A stretch of 64,000 nucleotides of DNA from Naegleria gruberi. Taxonomy: Eukaryota. The notes below the pieces were generated by a model. That model searched no databases. It was given only the letters and a program-made list of their open reading frames with translations, and had not been told where the DNA came from. This document shows positions 53,644-64,000 of this stretch, piece after piece; the first letter of the stretch is position 1, and each line of letters starts with the position of its first letter. Location: assembly GCA_000004985.1 (NCBI GenBank), contig GG738867.1. The stretch is one strand, 5' to 3'. A program made the position numbers and the translations under genes.

Positions 53644-56169
53644 ATGACAGATCTAACCCAACAACAATCTTCATCATCTAACAACAATAACACAGCAACC
53701 TCACCATCAAACTACTTTCAAATTTCCTCTAATTTTCGTCGAAGATCTTCCGCGAGTAATCTTTCACCTCGAAATCAGCAATCGAGTTTCGAATTATTTA
53801 CTTCACCACAAATACAACAACAACAACAATTTAATGTTCCAGCTAATAGAAATTCAATGAGTTTATTTCTCATTCCACCACCTTCTCTTTCACAACTTTC
53901 GAATAGTAAATTTGCAGCTGCAACAACAACAACTTCACCCATGTTTGAAATGATAAATTCATTTACGCTGACAACAGTATTCTCACAAATGATAGTGTAT
54001 GGAAATAGTCTAATGATCGAAGAAAGGCCAACTGTTTCGACTATGGTTTCGTCCTTTGTTTCGAATACAAATTCAGAGCTCAAACTTCCAATTTCAGTAC
54101 TTGAAATATCCAACCTATATTCCATCTTGTTAGTAGTCATTAAAAACATGCAAGATTCCCATAAGAAAATAATAGAACTCGTGGAATGGCAAAAATCATT
54201 GAGACAACTTGGAGTTGTGCCAATTTTAGTTTTACAAAATACGAAACAAGAATTAGACGAATTTTTGGAAGGAAATCAGTGGAATGGATATTCTATTGAT
54301 GTAAATAACATGATGAGAGTTTCAGATTTGAATTTTGAATTGACGAAACAATTGTTTGAAAATACGAATAGTCCACTTTCGAATGAGCAACAAATTGATA
54401 GAGAAATAGTCGAATCTAAAATGTTTCTCATTAGAAATGGTTCAATAGTTTGGGAATCTTCAACAAAACCTGAAGATCAAGTTATTGGAACTATTCTGTC
54501 GACTGTCGTTTTGAAACTTCCTTGGTACGCCATGTCAACTGATGAAATTTCATCAGACGAAAGTCAACACGCCCTTCAACCACTTTCTACAGTCAATAAT
54601 TCATTGAATAATTTGAATCAATCCTACAAATCATCATGTTCACTTTCGTCTGGAGGTTTACGAAACTCTATTCGATTTGAAAATGGAGCTACATCACCTT
54701 CCAACTCTTCCACAAGTGTAGGTGGCATTTCTGCCTCCATTCGAATAGGATCTCTCGTCAATGACCATAACAGTTTCATAGTTCCTGCTGGATTATCTCT
54801 CCATGGTGCTATGAGTGTTCTCCATACCATTTCGAATAACAATTTTGGAAATTCAGAGGATGAAGTTTCTTGTGAGGATGATTTCCAATTTCCAGAAAAT
54901 CAAAATCACCTCCAAATGGTTCAACTCCCTTCAGATAATAATTTTGAATTCACTCAAGCAAAATCAAATAGTCAACCAACACCAGTTGACCAAAATAATA
55001 AGGAATTAATACTAATTACAGATGAAAATGAAATTAGCTTCACTCCAAAAGCAACTCCAACTCCATCCAGTCAATTACTCTTTCACAAAGAACAATCCTT
55101 CACCTCCACCAATACCAATAATACCACCACGAGTAGTGACAAGATGACAGCATCAACACATCACACCATTGGTACTCCTCTATTAGGAGCAGATTCAAGA
55201 TACTGTTCCAGCATTGCCTCCATGAACTCGACACTCATTGAAACATCTGCCTCTTCCCTCGATTTAACAACCTTAATGATGCCACCAAGTCCAAACTCAA
55301 TTTCCACAACAACTTCTGCATCTCCTGCATCTGCTGAAACTCTTATTCAAAATAGAAAACTATCAATCTTTCAGAAATTGAGAGGAAGAAATGATATTGA
55401 AAAGATTGCAAGTGAACAACAGAAATTGGAGAAGGAAATGCAAATTGTCAAGAAGAAGGAGATTGTGTCGAGATCTCAGAATAATTTGTATGCAGAACAG
55501 TCGATTGCAACAAGAGAGAATGTGACGAGTGGGAGAAGATCGATTTTTTCATATTGTTTTGGATCGAAATCTAGTCAACCAGCAACGACAAGTGAGAAAA
55601 CACTTGTCATGTATGATCCAGTTGAGAGTCATTTATCTGAAATGTATCAAGTGATGCATGATGACATGAAACGTCAATATTTCAAATTATTTAGTTTGAA
55701 ACAGTTCAATGCTGAAAATTTACTTTTTTGGGAAGATGTCAAATTATTTTACAAGAAAATTGTGGTTGAACTGAAACGACAACATGTTACCAAACAACGA
55801 TTTTCACTCAAATCTTCTCAGATTGATGTCAGTCAAACTCCAATTCTTTCAAATGTCAACATTTCAAAAGAGTCAATTATAGAACTACATGACAAGATTA
55901 TGAAAATGGCAAAATACATTGCCGAGAAGTATTTATATGAAAAAGATAGTGTCTACTGTCTAAATACAAGTAACAAAATGATTGAACAAGTCAGTAGTCG
56001 AATGACACTTGAAGGTTTGGAATTTATTAACATTAGTGAAAATATTTTTGATGATGTGGTTATGGAAATTATCAAAACTGTACTGCCAGATATGTTTTGT
56101 CGATTTGTACTTTCGAATGAGTATGAAGAAATGCAAAGAGTTTTACAAGTTTCTAACAATCTATTCTAA
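53644..56169 (+). CDS. RGS (regulator of G-protein signalling) domain protein with long S/T/N-rich N-terminal region, 841 aa
   Basis: The C-terminal region reads FKLFSLKQFNAENLLFWEDVKLFYKK...ELHDKIMKMAKYIAEKYLYEKDSVYCLNTSNKMIEQV...DVVMEIIKTVLPDMFCRFVLSNEYEEM. That fits the RGS-box consensus (ENLxFW...A..Iy.~yl). Confidence 0.75.
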   Translation: MTDLTQQQSSSSNNNNTATSPSNYFQISSNFRRRSSASNLSPRNQQSSFELFTSPQIQQQQQFNVPANRNSMSLFLIPPPSLSQLSNSKFAAATTTTSPMFEMINSFTLTTVFSQMIVYGNSLMIEERPTVSTMVSSFVSNTNSELKLPISVLEISNLYSILLVVIKNMQDSHKKIIELVEWQKSLRQLGVVPILVLQNTKQELDEFLEGNQWNGYSIDVNNMMRVSDLNFELTKQLFENTNSPLSNEQQIDREIVESKMFLIRNGSIVWESSTKPEDQVIGTILSTVVLKLPWYAMSTDEISSDESQHALQPLSTVNNSLNNLNQSYKSSCSLSSGGLRNSIRFENGATSPSNSSTSVGGISASIRIGSLVNDHNSFIVPAGLSLHGAMSVLHTISNNNFGNSEDEVSCEDDFQFPENQNHLQMVQLPSDNNFEFTQAKSNSQPTPVDQNNKELILITDENEISFTPKATPTPSSQLLFHKEQSFTSTNTNNTTTSSDKMTASTHHTIGTPLLGADSRYCSSIASMNSTLIETSASSLDLTTLMMPPSPNSISTTTSASPASAETLIQNRKLSIFQKLRGRNDIEKIASEQQKLEKEMQIVKKKEIVSRSQNNLYAEQSIATRENVTSGRRSIFSYCFGSKSSQPATTSEKTLVMYDPVESHLSEMYQVMHDDMKRQYFKLFSLKQFNAENLLFWEDVKLFYKKIVVELKRQHVTKQRFSLKSSQIDVSQTPILSNVNISKESIIELHDKIMKMAKYIAEKYLYEKDSVYCLNTSNKMIEQVSSRMTLEGLEFINISENIFDDVVMEIIKTVLPDMFCRFVLSNEYEEMQRVLQVSNNLF

Positions 56170-56623
56170 GATCAACTTTTGAATGGCGAATTATACCCAA
56201 TTACAATGATTTTGAGGAATGAATTAAACAGATTCAAACAACATTATCATTGTAAAATGTTTAAGGATGACCACTTTAGTTTACTTTCGAATAAATTTGT
56301 TGATTGCCTTTCCCAGTTTTGAATGACCACTATTGAAAGAAATGGCTCAATGACCAACACCACCATTATCTTTCACAATGTTAATAGATTGTCATCTCCA
56401 AAGACGTGTCGCTTTCTTGAATGCCACCTGTCATTTAGAACCTAAAAGGCAAGTCTAAAAAAAGAGACGTGCAGATGACTCGGCACTTTTCTGACAATGA
56501 TTGTTAAAGAGGATGATTGCTTAAACAAACATCTGCATTCCATAACGAAGGTTGTGGCGAATCTAGACGAAACCAATTTCATTTCGAATAACTTTCATAA
56601 TTGTTTGTTATAAAAAAAAGAAA

Positions 56624-59245
56624 ATGACTGAAGTAAAACAAAGCAGCCGATTCTTTCATAAACCTCTTCCACCACCAATTCCAAGGTAAGTTTCAAATGT
56701 TCATCAAATCTCATCGAAAATATTCGAAAGTAGAGAATCCTTATCACCAAATCAACACAACTTTCCACTACAACAACCATACTCTCAAAATTCACAACAA
56801 TTGACAACCACAAAAAAATATCAACAACAAATGTCAGATGTTTCTAATAATCAATTAAACGAAACTAATGGAAAGGAAACGATTGTTCAAGATTATTCAT
56901 ATAACCATCTACCAGATTTGGAAGCCACATTCCCGTCCAATCCTGTCATTATGGAGGGTTTTATAATTGACACTGATCAACAAGAAGAAAAAAAAGAATC
57001 GACCATGCTTTCGAATAGTTTGGACGAAACTTTTGCCGAAAGTCCTACAAACGCAGGAGTGAGTGCTTCTCAACTACTCATGGCACAGAAAGTTAATCTA
57101 TTCGAAAGTATTCTTTCCAAGAAATCAGTAAGTCTTCCTGACTTTGGAGCTATTGAAAGTCAAAAGTCTAACCTGTCATTAGATTTAGATTCAGAAACAA
57201 GTGCAAATTCCGACACTATCACAGACTATTTCTTCGTTAGAAATGTCAACACTGTAAATATCGATGATCTTGTCCAATCTAAATTTGGAAACTGTCAAAT
57301 GTTAGATCATGACTTGATTTTTAATGAAAATTTAAGAAAGATTAGAAATAGATTTAAACCAATCTATGAAACACTCTTAGAAAATGATGCTCTTTATAAT
57401 GGAAATCAAATTGACAATTTTTCATCGTACAGTTTAGGAAATGTTGAATTTGAACAAATAATGTCATCATTTTCAACGAATATTCAAGAATATTGTGAAT
57501 ATGAATTGAAGTATATGCATGATTTCTTTAAAACTGATTGTCCAAATATTATTCAATCTCTACCATTGATTATTTCATTGAAAAGTTTGACAATTGATGA
57601 ATTGAAATGTACTGTCAATGTTTTAAAGAAAGTTTTGACATTGGGAGCATATACTCATCCTGAGAAGGTTTTGGTTTCTCAGAGTTTGGCACTTCCTGAT
57701 CTATTCTGTTATTTATTCTTTGATAATCCAACAAAAAGTCAATCAGAATTGAATAAGGCACTTATTAGAAATAGAAGTGATTCGAATGGAAGTGATACTT
57801 CAAGTGAATCTGTTCGTTCTTCATCCACTTCTCCTTCATTGTTGAGCAAATTCTTTTCTAGAAATAGGAAAAAGAATTTGAAATCATCTCCAATTGTTTC
57901 TTTTGAAAAGGAATTGATGTATTTACAAATTTATTTAATTATTTTTGAATTTTCAGAATCAGATATTGTTGAAATACCTCATGGATATGAACACAATGTG
58001 TATAGGTAAGTGATTTTAGAATTTAATTTCCATTTATGGTATTTTCCAAATTTGGAATTTTAAATCTTTATTAGAACTGCAATCGGTGTGGGTAATTGGA
58101 TACTGGAATGGAAAGAAAATTCACTTGTCATTCCTTCACGTAAAACTACATTCAAATTTAATCATAATTATCATTGCATTCCACTTAGAAGAGTTGAAGG
58201 AGATTTGATTATTGAAAAATTACTTTGTAAACTTTCAAATTTGTGTTGTTTGTGGAATGGCAATTATGTTTACGACTTGACACGTTGTAATCATCAACAT
58301 TTCGTAAGAGATGTCATTGAAATGTTAGATCAAGAATGCATTTCAACAAAACTTTATTTATTTGATCAACCAAATGATCAACCTGCTAAATTATCAACTT
58401 CATTGAATGATAATATTTCAGTTGGAAGTCAATCTTCCACTAGCTCTACACCATCAATCAAAATTGGTGGAACTTCAGAATTTGGAATGAGTGTTGACAG
58501 ATTTTTACAATTCATTCAAAGAAATGGTTATGCTCCATTGACATTTTTCATTAATGATCATGTGAAAGAGGTTTTATATGGTAAGAAATTGAGTCAGATG
58601 AAGAAATCGAGATCATCTCCATCCACTTCACCTCACAAACCAATTTCACAATTGAATATTTCAAATAGTAATGAGAATAGTCCGCTCTTAATTAGACCTC
58701 CACAACCATTGAATTTATCCTCCTGGAATGGATATTTCAATAGAAATGAGGAGCTTGATGAGTACAATGAGAAGGAATATATTGTCTTTAAGGAACATCG
58801 TGAGCTTGACAGTTTATACTTTCAAATTAAGAATGCTTTTGGAAGTGTTGAATACTTTAAAGTTCATCCAGAGGGAAAGTGGGATTATTGGTTATTGAAA
58901 TTGTTGGATCGTGGCTTTTGGACAAGAATTACACATTCCCAAGAGAAAATTAACAGAGATCAGAAAGATTATCCTCTCACCAAGTTGAATGCAAGAGTAA
59001 CTCTTCACAAGGAATCTTTGGAAAAGTTGATGGAACAGAAACATGCCAATATAGTCATCAAGACTAATTTAATGTTCCACGAAAAGGAGGAATGTAATTG
59101 CCCATTCAATTGGGATACTTTGAGCACTTTGGAAATGGACATGACTGCCAAATTACCTGACACTACATTTTTAGGGGATTACGAACCGCCAGTCCCACAC
59201 AAGAGAAGTTGGATTATTACTTCAAATAATAGTGTTATTTTGTAA
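56624..59245 (+). CDS. Hypothetical protein, 3 exons (56624..56685, 56734..58005, 58075..59245), approx 834 aa. The C-terminal half has a possible NlpC/P60-LRAT-like Cys/His motif
   Basis: Exon 1 (MTEVKQSSRFFHKPLPPPIP) was missed by the ORF track. Donor GTAAGT is at 56686 and acceptor AAAGTAG ends at 56733. The second donor reads TATAG|GTAAGT at 58006, and acceptor TTATTAG ends at 58074. Phases close, with 2505 nt of CDS. HNYHCIPL...YDLTRCNHQHFVRDV is reminiscent of the LRAT/H-rev107 His...NCEHF motif. Confidence 0.55.
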
Positions 59246-59622
59246 TTTACAAAACACAACTATTAAATTGTATTATTTTTACTATTTACAAATTTGGAAT
59301 ATTTCAGTGGCGTGTTTACAAAAAGTCTTCTTCTCTAGTCTTGTCAATATTCATATTCTTCAAGTCTCCACGATTGATAAACTTGTTTTGAGGTAAATCT
59401 GATGCACAAATTGGTGGATCTTGTAATAACTCTTCGGCAAAGTCTGTGAAATGAGGAGTTAGTGGTTTGCTGTTGGTATTAATTGATTTTGAAGGAAAGT
59501 ATTTTCTATGCTTTGTTGGTTGTCTCATTTTGTTTTAAATTGTTTTTCATAGTTTTCCATTACCAATTTGTTAAAATAGGTTTTTCGTGTATGGAAATTT
59601 CTATAAATGGAAACTTTCTATA

Positions 59623-61002
59623 TCAATTCATTTCTATTTTTTCCAATACCTTCCGTGCTTGCAATTTAAGTGAAGATAACTTTTCAATGTTTTCATAATT
59701 CTTCTCATAAACATTGGAAAAACCGTACAATGCTCCATACCAATTCAATGCAATGGCCCCTGTAGTGTCAGAATCGCCTCCATGAAGACAAGCTCTCTTT
59801 ACCAATTGTTCATATTGATTAGGACCAGAGGAGAGAAGTGCATCATAGGCCACAATGATGGAATCATCACCAGAACTACCTGCCCACCCAGAGAATGAAT
59901 AGGATTTGTAATACTTGTCTCGCTCAATAACTCCATATTTTTCAGGGAATTGAGGTTTGATTGCTTCTATGTTTTCATCGGTGAATGAGAGAATGCCTCG
60001 TTCTCCGAGATATTTCTTGAACTTTTCTTCAAATGCTTTTAAATCTGGCTCAATTGACTTCCAGTTTCGTTTAGAAACAGATTTAAGGTAATATCTACAC
60101 TTTGGAAGAATGAATTCCAAAACCAAATATCCCCACAACTTTGGTTCTATTTGTTTGATTGCAAATGAGGCGAATAATGCACTTTGCAAAGCTCCCATAA
60201 ATCCTACAACGTGATTATGAGTCAATCTTCCAGATTCAATTCCAATAGCAATTAGCAAATCCAAATTATCATGAAATGCCAATCCAATTGACATTGCTCT
60301 CATACTTCCCCCACAACCTCCTCCTCTAGAATCATAATTCAATGAATCCCACTTATTCTTCCTTGTTTGTTTGATATAATTGATGGAATCTCTGCATTTC
60401 TTTCCTGGAGATCTATCTCCCATATCTTTCCAACATGCAACATATTCCTGAACCATCACAACCATAATCTTATCAACCAATTCCATAAATCCTTCATCTT
60501 TGAATCCAATTGAAAGCTTTGGTGTGAGAATTTGATTCAAATCTTTGTGAGTCAATGTTTTTAGAGTTGCCAAATGAAAGATCGTATCATCAGATACTTT
60601 CCATGTCTTGGTATCGATATTTGCAATCTTTCCTCCAAATTCATCTTTCAATTCCTTATGAATTCTCTCTCCAGAGAAGTTAAACTCCCACGTTCCATTC
60701 CTATATCCAATCGCATCACCAACAGCAGTCAATACACAACTAGCTTCAATTCTCTCCGCTAAGGAAGGTAATGAATCTTTATTAATCTTCCTATCCAGCA
60801 AATTATTTACAGTAGCTCTATCGCAGATTGATTGATCACCATTTGATACATTTGATGAAGCTGTAGAAAACAATTGATCACCATTTGATGGTGAGTGTGC
60901 TTGTTGAGACATTTTTTTCAACTTCCCAACCAAATCTGCCAATTTACTGTAAATAAGTAAATTGGCGCCAAAACTAATCTGAAGAATCCTTATAGAGAAC
61001 AT
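59623..61002 (-). CDS. ADP-ribosylglycohydrolase (ARH/DraG-like) family protein, 459 aa; possibly starting at the internal Met near 60912
   Basis: VLTAVGDAIGYRNGTWEFNF fits the ARH N-terminal GDALG motif. The C-terminus GWAGSSGDDSIIVAYDALL...GGDSDTTGAIALNWYGALYG fits the ARH C-terminal Asp-rich metal site. Confidence 0.75.
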   Translation of the reverse strand: MFSIRILQISFGANLLIYSKLADLVGKLKKMSQQAHSPSNGDQLFSTASSNVSNGDQSICDRATVNNLLDRKINKDSLPSLAERIEASCVLTAVGDAIGYRNGTWEFNFSGERIHKELKDEFGGKIANIDTKTWKVSDDTIFHLATLKTLTHKDLNQILTPKLSIGFKDEGFMELVDKIMVVMVQEYVACWKDMGDRSPGKKCRDSINYIKQTRKNKWDSLNYDSRGGGCGGSMRAMSIGLAFHDNLDLLIAIGIESGRLTHNHVVGFMGALQSALFASFAIKQIEPKLWGYLVLEFILPKCRYYLKSVSKRNWKSIEPDLKAFEEKFKKYLGERGILSFTDENIEAIKPQFPEKYGVIERDKYYKSYSFSGWAGSSGDDSIIVAYDALLSSGPNQYEQLVKRACLHGGDSDTTGAIALNWYGALYGFSNVYEKNYENIEKLSSLKLQARKVLEKIEMN

Positions 61003-62000
61003 GTTTTGGATGTTCCATTAGTAGAAGTAGTATTACATGAAACAAAATCTTTGAGTGGCAGTAAATCTTCAGAATCAATTTTCAGTTTCTCCTTAATTTT
61101 GTACTTTTCAGTGCTTGGTTGAAGTTCCATTGTAACAATTTGACAATTTTGAAGATTCCACAAGGCATGGAAGGTATCTACTGACCACTGGAAGTATCTC
61201 ATTAAAAATAATCTACAGGTCAATCCGTGTGAAACTAGGACATAATTTTCATAAGGTTGTCTCTGATTTTCCATACTTCTGAAAAGAGATCCACAAAAAC
61301 TAGACACTCTACAATAGACATCACTTCCACTCTCCCCTGAAGGAAATCTATAATAGAATGATCCGAATCTTCTCCTTTCCTCTTGTCTAATTTTGATATC
61401 TGCTGGATCTTGGAAATTTCCAAAATCTTGTTCTCTCAATCTTGGATCTTCCTTTACAGTTACATTTTCCATTCCTCCAAAATGGTTAGCAATTCCTTCA
61501 AATGTCTGAACTGATCTTCTATATGGACTCACAATAAAGATAACAGATTCATCACCAATAATTTCCTTCAATTTCTTACCAGCTTCATCAGCTTGTTGAA
61601 TTCCCTTAGCTGTCAATTCAATCTTATTATCTGGTTTAATTGAATAAATATGCGAATTAATATTTCCTTCACTCTCACCGTGTCGGATTAGAAAAATTCT
61701 TTTCGGTTTGTGATATAATTGATGATGATGATGATGAATATGAATATTAGTTTCCGAGCCTCCTCCTCCGACAGATGAAACAGAATTTGTAGACTCGTTA
61801 AATCGTCCTAAAGTCCTCTCATCTCCATTTAATAATTCCATTTCTTCCTCATCGTGTAAACATCCAATTCTTGCTTGTCTCTGATATTTATTTTTGGCAT
61901 AGTAACATCCAAGGGCAAAACTTCCAGCCATTAAACAAGCTCCGGTAAAGGCACCAACAAGAAATTCTTTAGAGAGAAGTGATGATTGTTGTTCAGGCAT
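60990..62000 (-). CDS. Histidine phosphatase (phosphoglycerate-mutase-like, branch 1) with N-terminal TM anchor and His-rich tract, 336 aa
   Basis: IFLIRHGESEGN carries the RHG catalytic His. VIFIVSPYRRSVQT and VLVSHGLTCRLFL carry the second His. The N-terminus LVGAFTGACLMAGSFALGCYY is hydrophobic. HIHHHHHQLYH follows. Confidence 0.75.
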   Translation of the reverse strand: MPEQQSSLLSKEFLVGAFTGACLMAGSFALGCYYAKNKYQRQARIGCLHDEEEMELLNGDERTLGRFNESTNSVSSVGGGGSETNIHIHHHHHQLYHKPKRIFLIRHGESEGNINSHIYSIKPDNKIELTAKGIQQADEAGKKLKEIIGDESVIFIVSPYRRSVQTFEGIANHFGGMENVTVKEDPRLREQDFGNFQDPADIKIRQEERRRFGSFYYRFPSGESGSDVYCRVSSFCGSLFRSMENQRQPYENYVLVSHGLTCRLFLMRYFQWSVDTFHALWNLQNCQIVTMELQPSTEKYKIKEKLKIDSEDLLPLKDFVSCNTTSTNGTSKTCSL

Positions 62001-62047
62001 TTTTTATAAATAATTTATTGGGAAAAAATGAACTTGGGAATGCAAAT

Positions 62048-64000
62048 TTAATTCTTTTTGGCAAATAGATTGGAAACTGAGGTAAAGTTACTGTTGGAAC
62101 CCTTTTTGAGTTTTGGTCTTACTGGACTGTTTAGTTTTGGATTGAGTTGATTCATTGAATTATTATTATGCGAAAGAGATGATGGATCCACATATTGTTC
62201 ATTGTTGGAAGATCCAGTAACGCTTTCCGAACTATTGCTCAAATTGTAAGTGTGGTGTTTCTCTTTGAGTAGATAGGTTTTCATTTTGCCCTTTCCTTTA
62301 ACTTCAATCTCCCTCATGTCAAATTCGAATAAATCGTGAACTCTTTCATAGGTGGCTCGTGAAATTTGCACTCTACCAGGCAAACCTGTAGATTCCATCC
62401 TTGAAGCAGTCTGTAATTTAGAATCAATTATAAAAATAATTATTAAATAATTATTGACTTACATTGACAGCATCTCCCCATAAATCCTAAAATGGAATTA
62501 TTTAAAATAATAAAATTGAAATCCATCAGTCGAAAGATGAAAACTTACGTATGCAAATTTACGTTGTCCCAAAACTCCTGCTACAACACTTCCCGTATGT
62601 AAACCAATTCTTCATAAAACTTATTGAAATTCTCATCAAATTTACAATAAACATACCTAATATTCACTGATGAACCATGATTGGCATTGTATTGTTGAAT
62701 GGCTCCAATGGCTCCTATGGCAAATTCCAGTACAAATTATCAAACCATCAACAGTTGCATCACAAATGGCTCTAAGTTCTGCTCTTCCATCATTATCAAT
62801 AGATTGTTTGGATTTCTTTCTGAACGAACGATTGAAAATGTAATTCTTTACAGGGTCAATGTTCTCTAAAATATCAGGTGGAACATTGCAAAACATGAGC
62901 ATTAAGATATTCCTTTCCCTCCATGTTCTATTCATATACTTGTTGGCATATAACATGGCCAAGATTACTAGTACCATGACTGCACATGCAATTCCACTAA
63001 CCACTCTCTCATTCACTTTCCCAATAAAATAATCGACTGCTTCCAACATAACTTTCCATGAAAGATTTCTAGTTCTTGTATATAATTCCAAATTCTTATA
63101 ATATTGATTGAGTAGAACTTGCTCAGGGAATTTCTTATTGTAAATGTCCTCAGTTTGCTTTGTAAGTAAAAAAGAGAGGGCATCCACCATTTCATCTAAA
63201 GAAAAACAATCCATCTTGCTAATAGGAATATCATAGAGTGAATAATTTCCACAACTAGTATTTGATGATTTCAAAACTTGATTGTCAATAGATGTAGTCA
63301 ACCCTACCAAATCATTGAAACCATCATCAGAGGTTCCAAATTTAAAGCCATTATATTGATCAACAACACTAAACAATTTGGAATATTCATAAAAGTCGAA
63401 TGTAGAATATTCTAAATATTTCTCGTCATCAAACATGACCTGCAGAGAGGAAAACATTGTCTTTGTTAGAGAGTGAGTCATTTCTGTACCTTTCTGAACC
63501 TTGGTAATTGCATACAAATTGTAATTATTGCTATAAACAGCTTCAAACAAGATCATAGCCAAGGAAATATAGGTCAAGACAATTGTAGAGATAATTAAAT
63601 AGATGATCATCCTGTTGGCAGCAAAAAATGGTGACTGTCTAATGAAATTCTTCATAGTTGATGTCTTGCTCTCCAATTCATGAAAAATTTTACCAACTTC
63701 ATCTCTTGGCAATAATTTGAACAATTGAATTATCTTCTTGAGTTGTCCAATGTCAAATAGTATTGTTGTAATATATACAATCGAATACAATGTGAAAAGG
63801 ACTAAAATGGTTGAAACTATTACAATAATTGTAACTTGCTTTAACTGAATGTTTTTGAAATTCTCAGCCGTTAAGGTATCACAAAAAATTTCCATCAAGT
63901 CTAAAAGACTGAAAGCGTTTTTCCAAAGAAATAAAAATTCATAATTTGCTGTTGCACTAAAGTTCTCAATGGTATAGTTTCTCACTATTTCCAATATGAA
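62048..64000 (-). pseudogene. Paralog of the 22592-25291 cyclase carrying an internal deletion (PAS plus most of the catalytic domain missing, frame not preserved). The 3' part has 3 short introns. The 5' end runs off the window
   Basis: N-terminal TM region ANYEFLFLWKNAFSLLDLMEIFCDTL parallels TNFEYIFLWKNRLLFIDYFEVFCDIL in the intact copy. ...RAELRAICDATVDGLIICTG then jumps, with a frame shift, to EFAIGAIGAIQQYNANHGSSVNIR. That segment corresponds to VRFAIDTLGVIYIYNTQNNTTVNIR in the intact copy, which lies about 230 aa downstream there. The 3' exons are [21 protein letters not shown] | DLWGDAVN | TASRMESTGLPGRVQISRATYERV.... The introns are 47, 62 and 52 nt (GTATGT, GTAAGT, GTAAGT). Confidence 0.5.

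Noticed and set aside
62560-62600. TGTTGTAG string that looks like a 3' splice site in the cyclase paralog
   Set aside because: Alignment with the intact paralog shows it encodes Val-Val within [11 protein letters not shown]. Treating it as an acceptor breaks the frame.
1-64000. Prokaryotic interpretation (operons, defence island, CRISPR) suggested by the bacterial-style ORF track with TTG/GTG starts
   Set aside because: GT-AG introns with GTAAGT donors, FG nucleoporin, F-box/LRR, Sec14, RGS, patatin, Nup98 autoproteolysis and poly-N/Q tracts make this clearly eukaryotic. No CRISPR repeats, RM, toxin-antitoxin or phage genes are present.

Overview
The window reads as compact eukaryotic (protist-type) nuclear DNA, not prokaryotic. 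It is about 33% GC with AT-rich intergenic spacers. Proteins carry poly-N/Q/S/T low-complexity tracts, and stops are standard TAA/TAG/TGA. Coding regions are interrupted by short GT-AG introns with GTAAGT or GTAGGT donors, mostly 42-96 nt with a few of about 150-390 nt. The supplied ORF track is bacterial-style. Many of its M starts are really TTG or GTG, and several genes are split across ORFs or missed because of introns and microexons. I re-derived gene models by reading splice signals and frames directly. Exon boundaries not anchored to ORF-track coordinates may be off by a nucleotide or two. I find roughly 35 protein-coding genes on both strands. They include a SAM methyltransferase, a quinone oxidoreductase, a transglutaminase-like KY peptidase-like gene, a PARG-like gene, an EF-hand protein, a 3-hydroxyacyl-CoA dehydratase, an EndoU/XendoU RNase, a C2-domain gene with microexons, a Mn-CDF transporter, a Sec14/CRAL-TRIO gene, a patatin phospholipase with LRRs, F-box/LRR proteins, an SDR plus SCP2 (HSDL2/MFE-2-like) gene, an ankyrin-repeat gene, a secreted Thr/Ser-rich protein, AlkB, a Nup98-type FG nucleoporin with a C-terminal autoproteolytic domain, an RGS protein, an ADP-ribosylglycohydrolase and a histidine phosphatase. 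Two lineage-expanded families stand out. One is class III adenylate/guanylate cyclases with multi-TM and PAS modules, present as two intact copies and one decayed copy. The other is two paralogous atypical protein kinases with tandem 25-aa (75-nt) DUF4116-like repeats. The gene content (expanded PAS-cyclases, F-box/LRR genes, few short introns, about 33% GC) is consistent with a free-living amoeboflagellate such as a heterolobosean (Naegleria-like), but that assignment is inference only. No rRNA, tRNA, CRISPR array or recognisable transposon was found. I do not see a prokaryotic-style defence island here. The novel signal is in gene-structure oddities, decayed paralogs and two GC/CpG-rich candidate Pol III-type ncRNAs.
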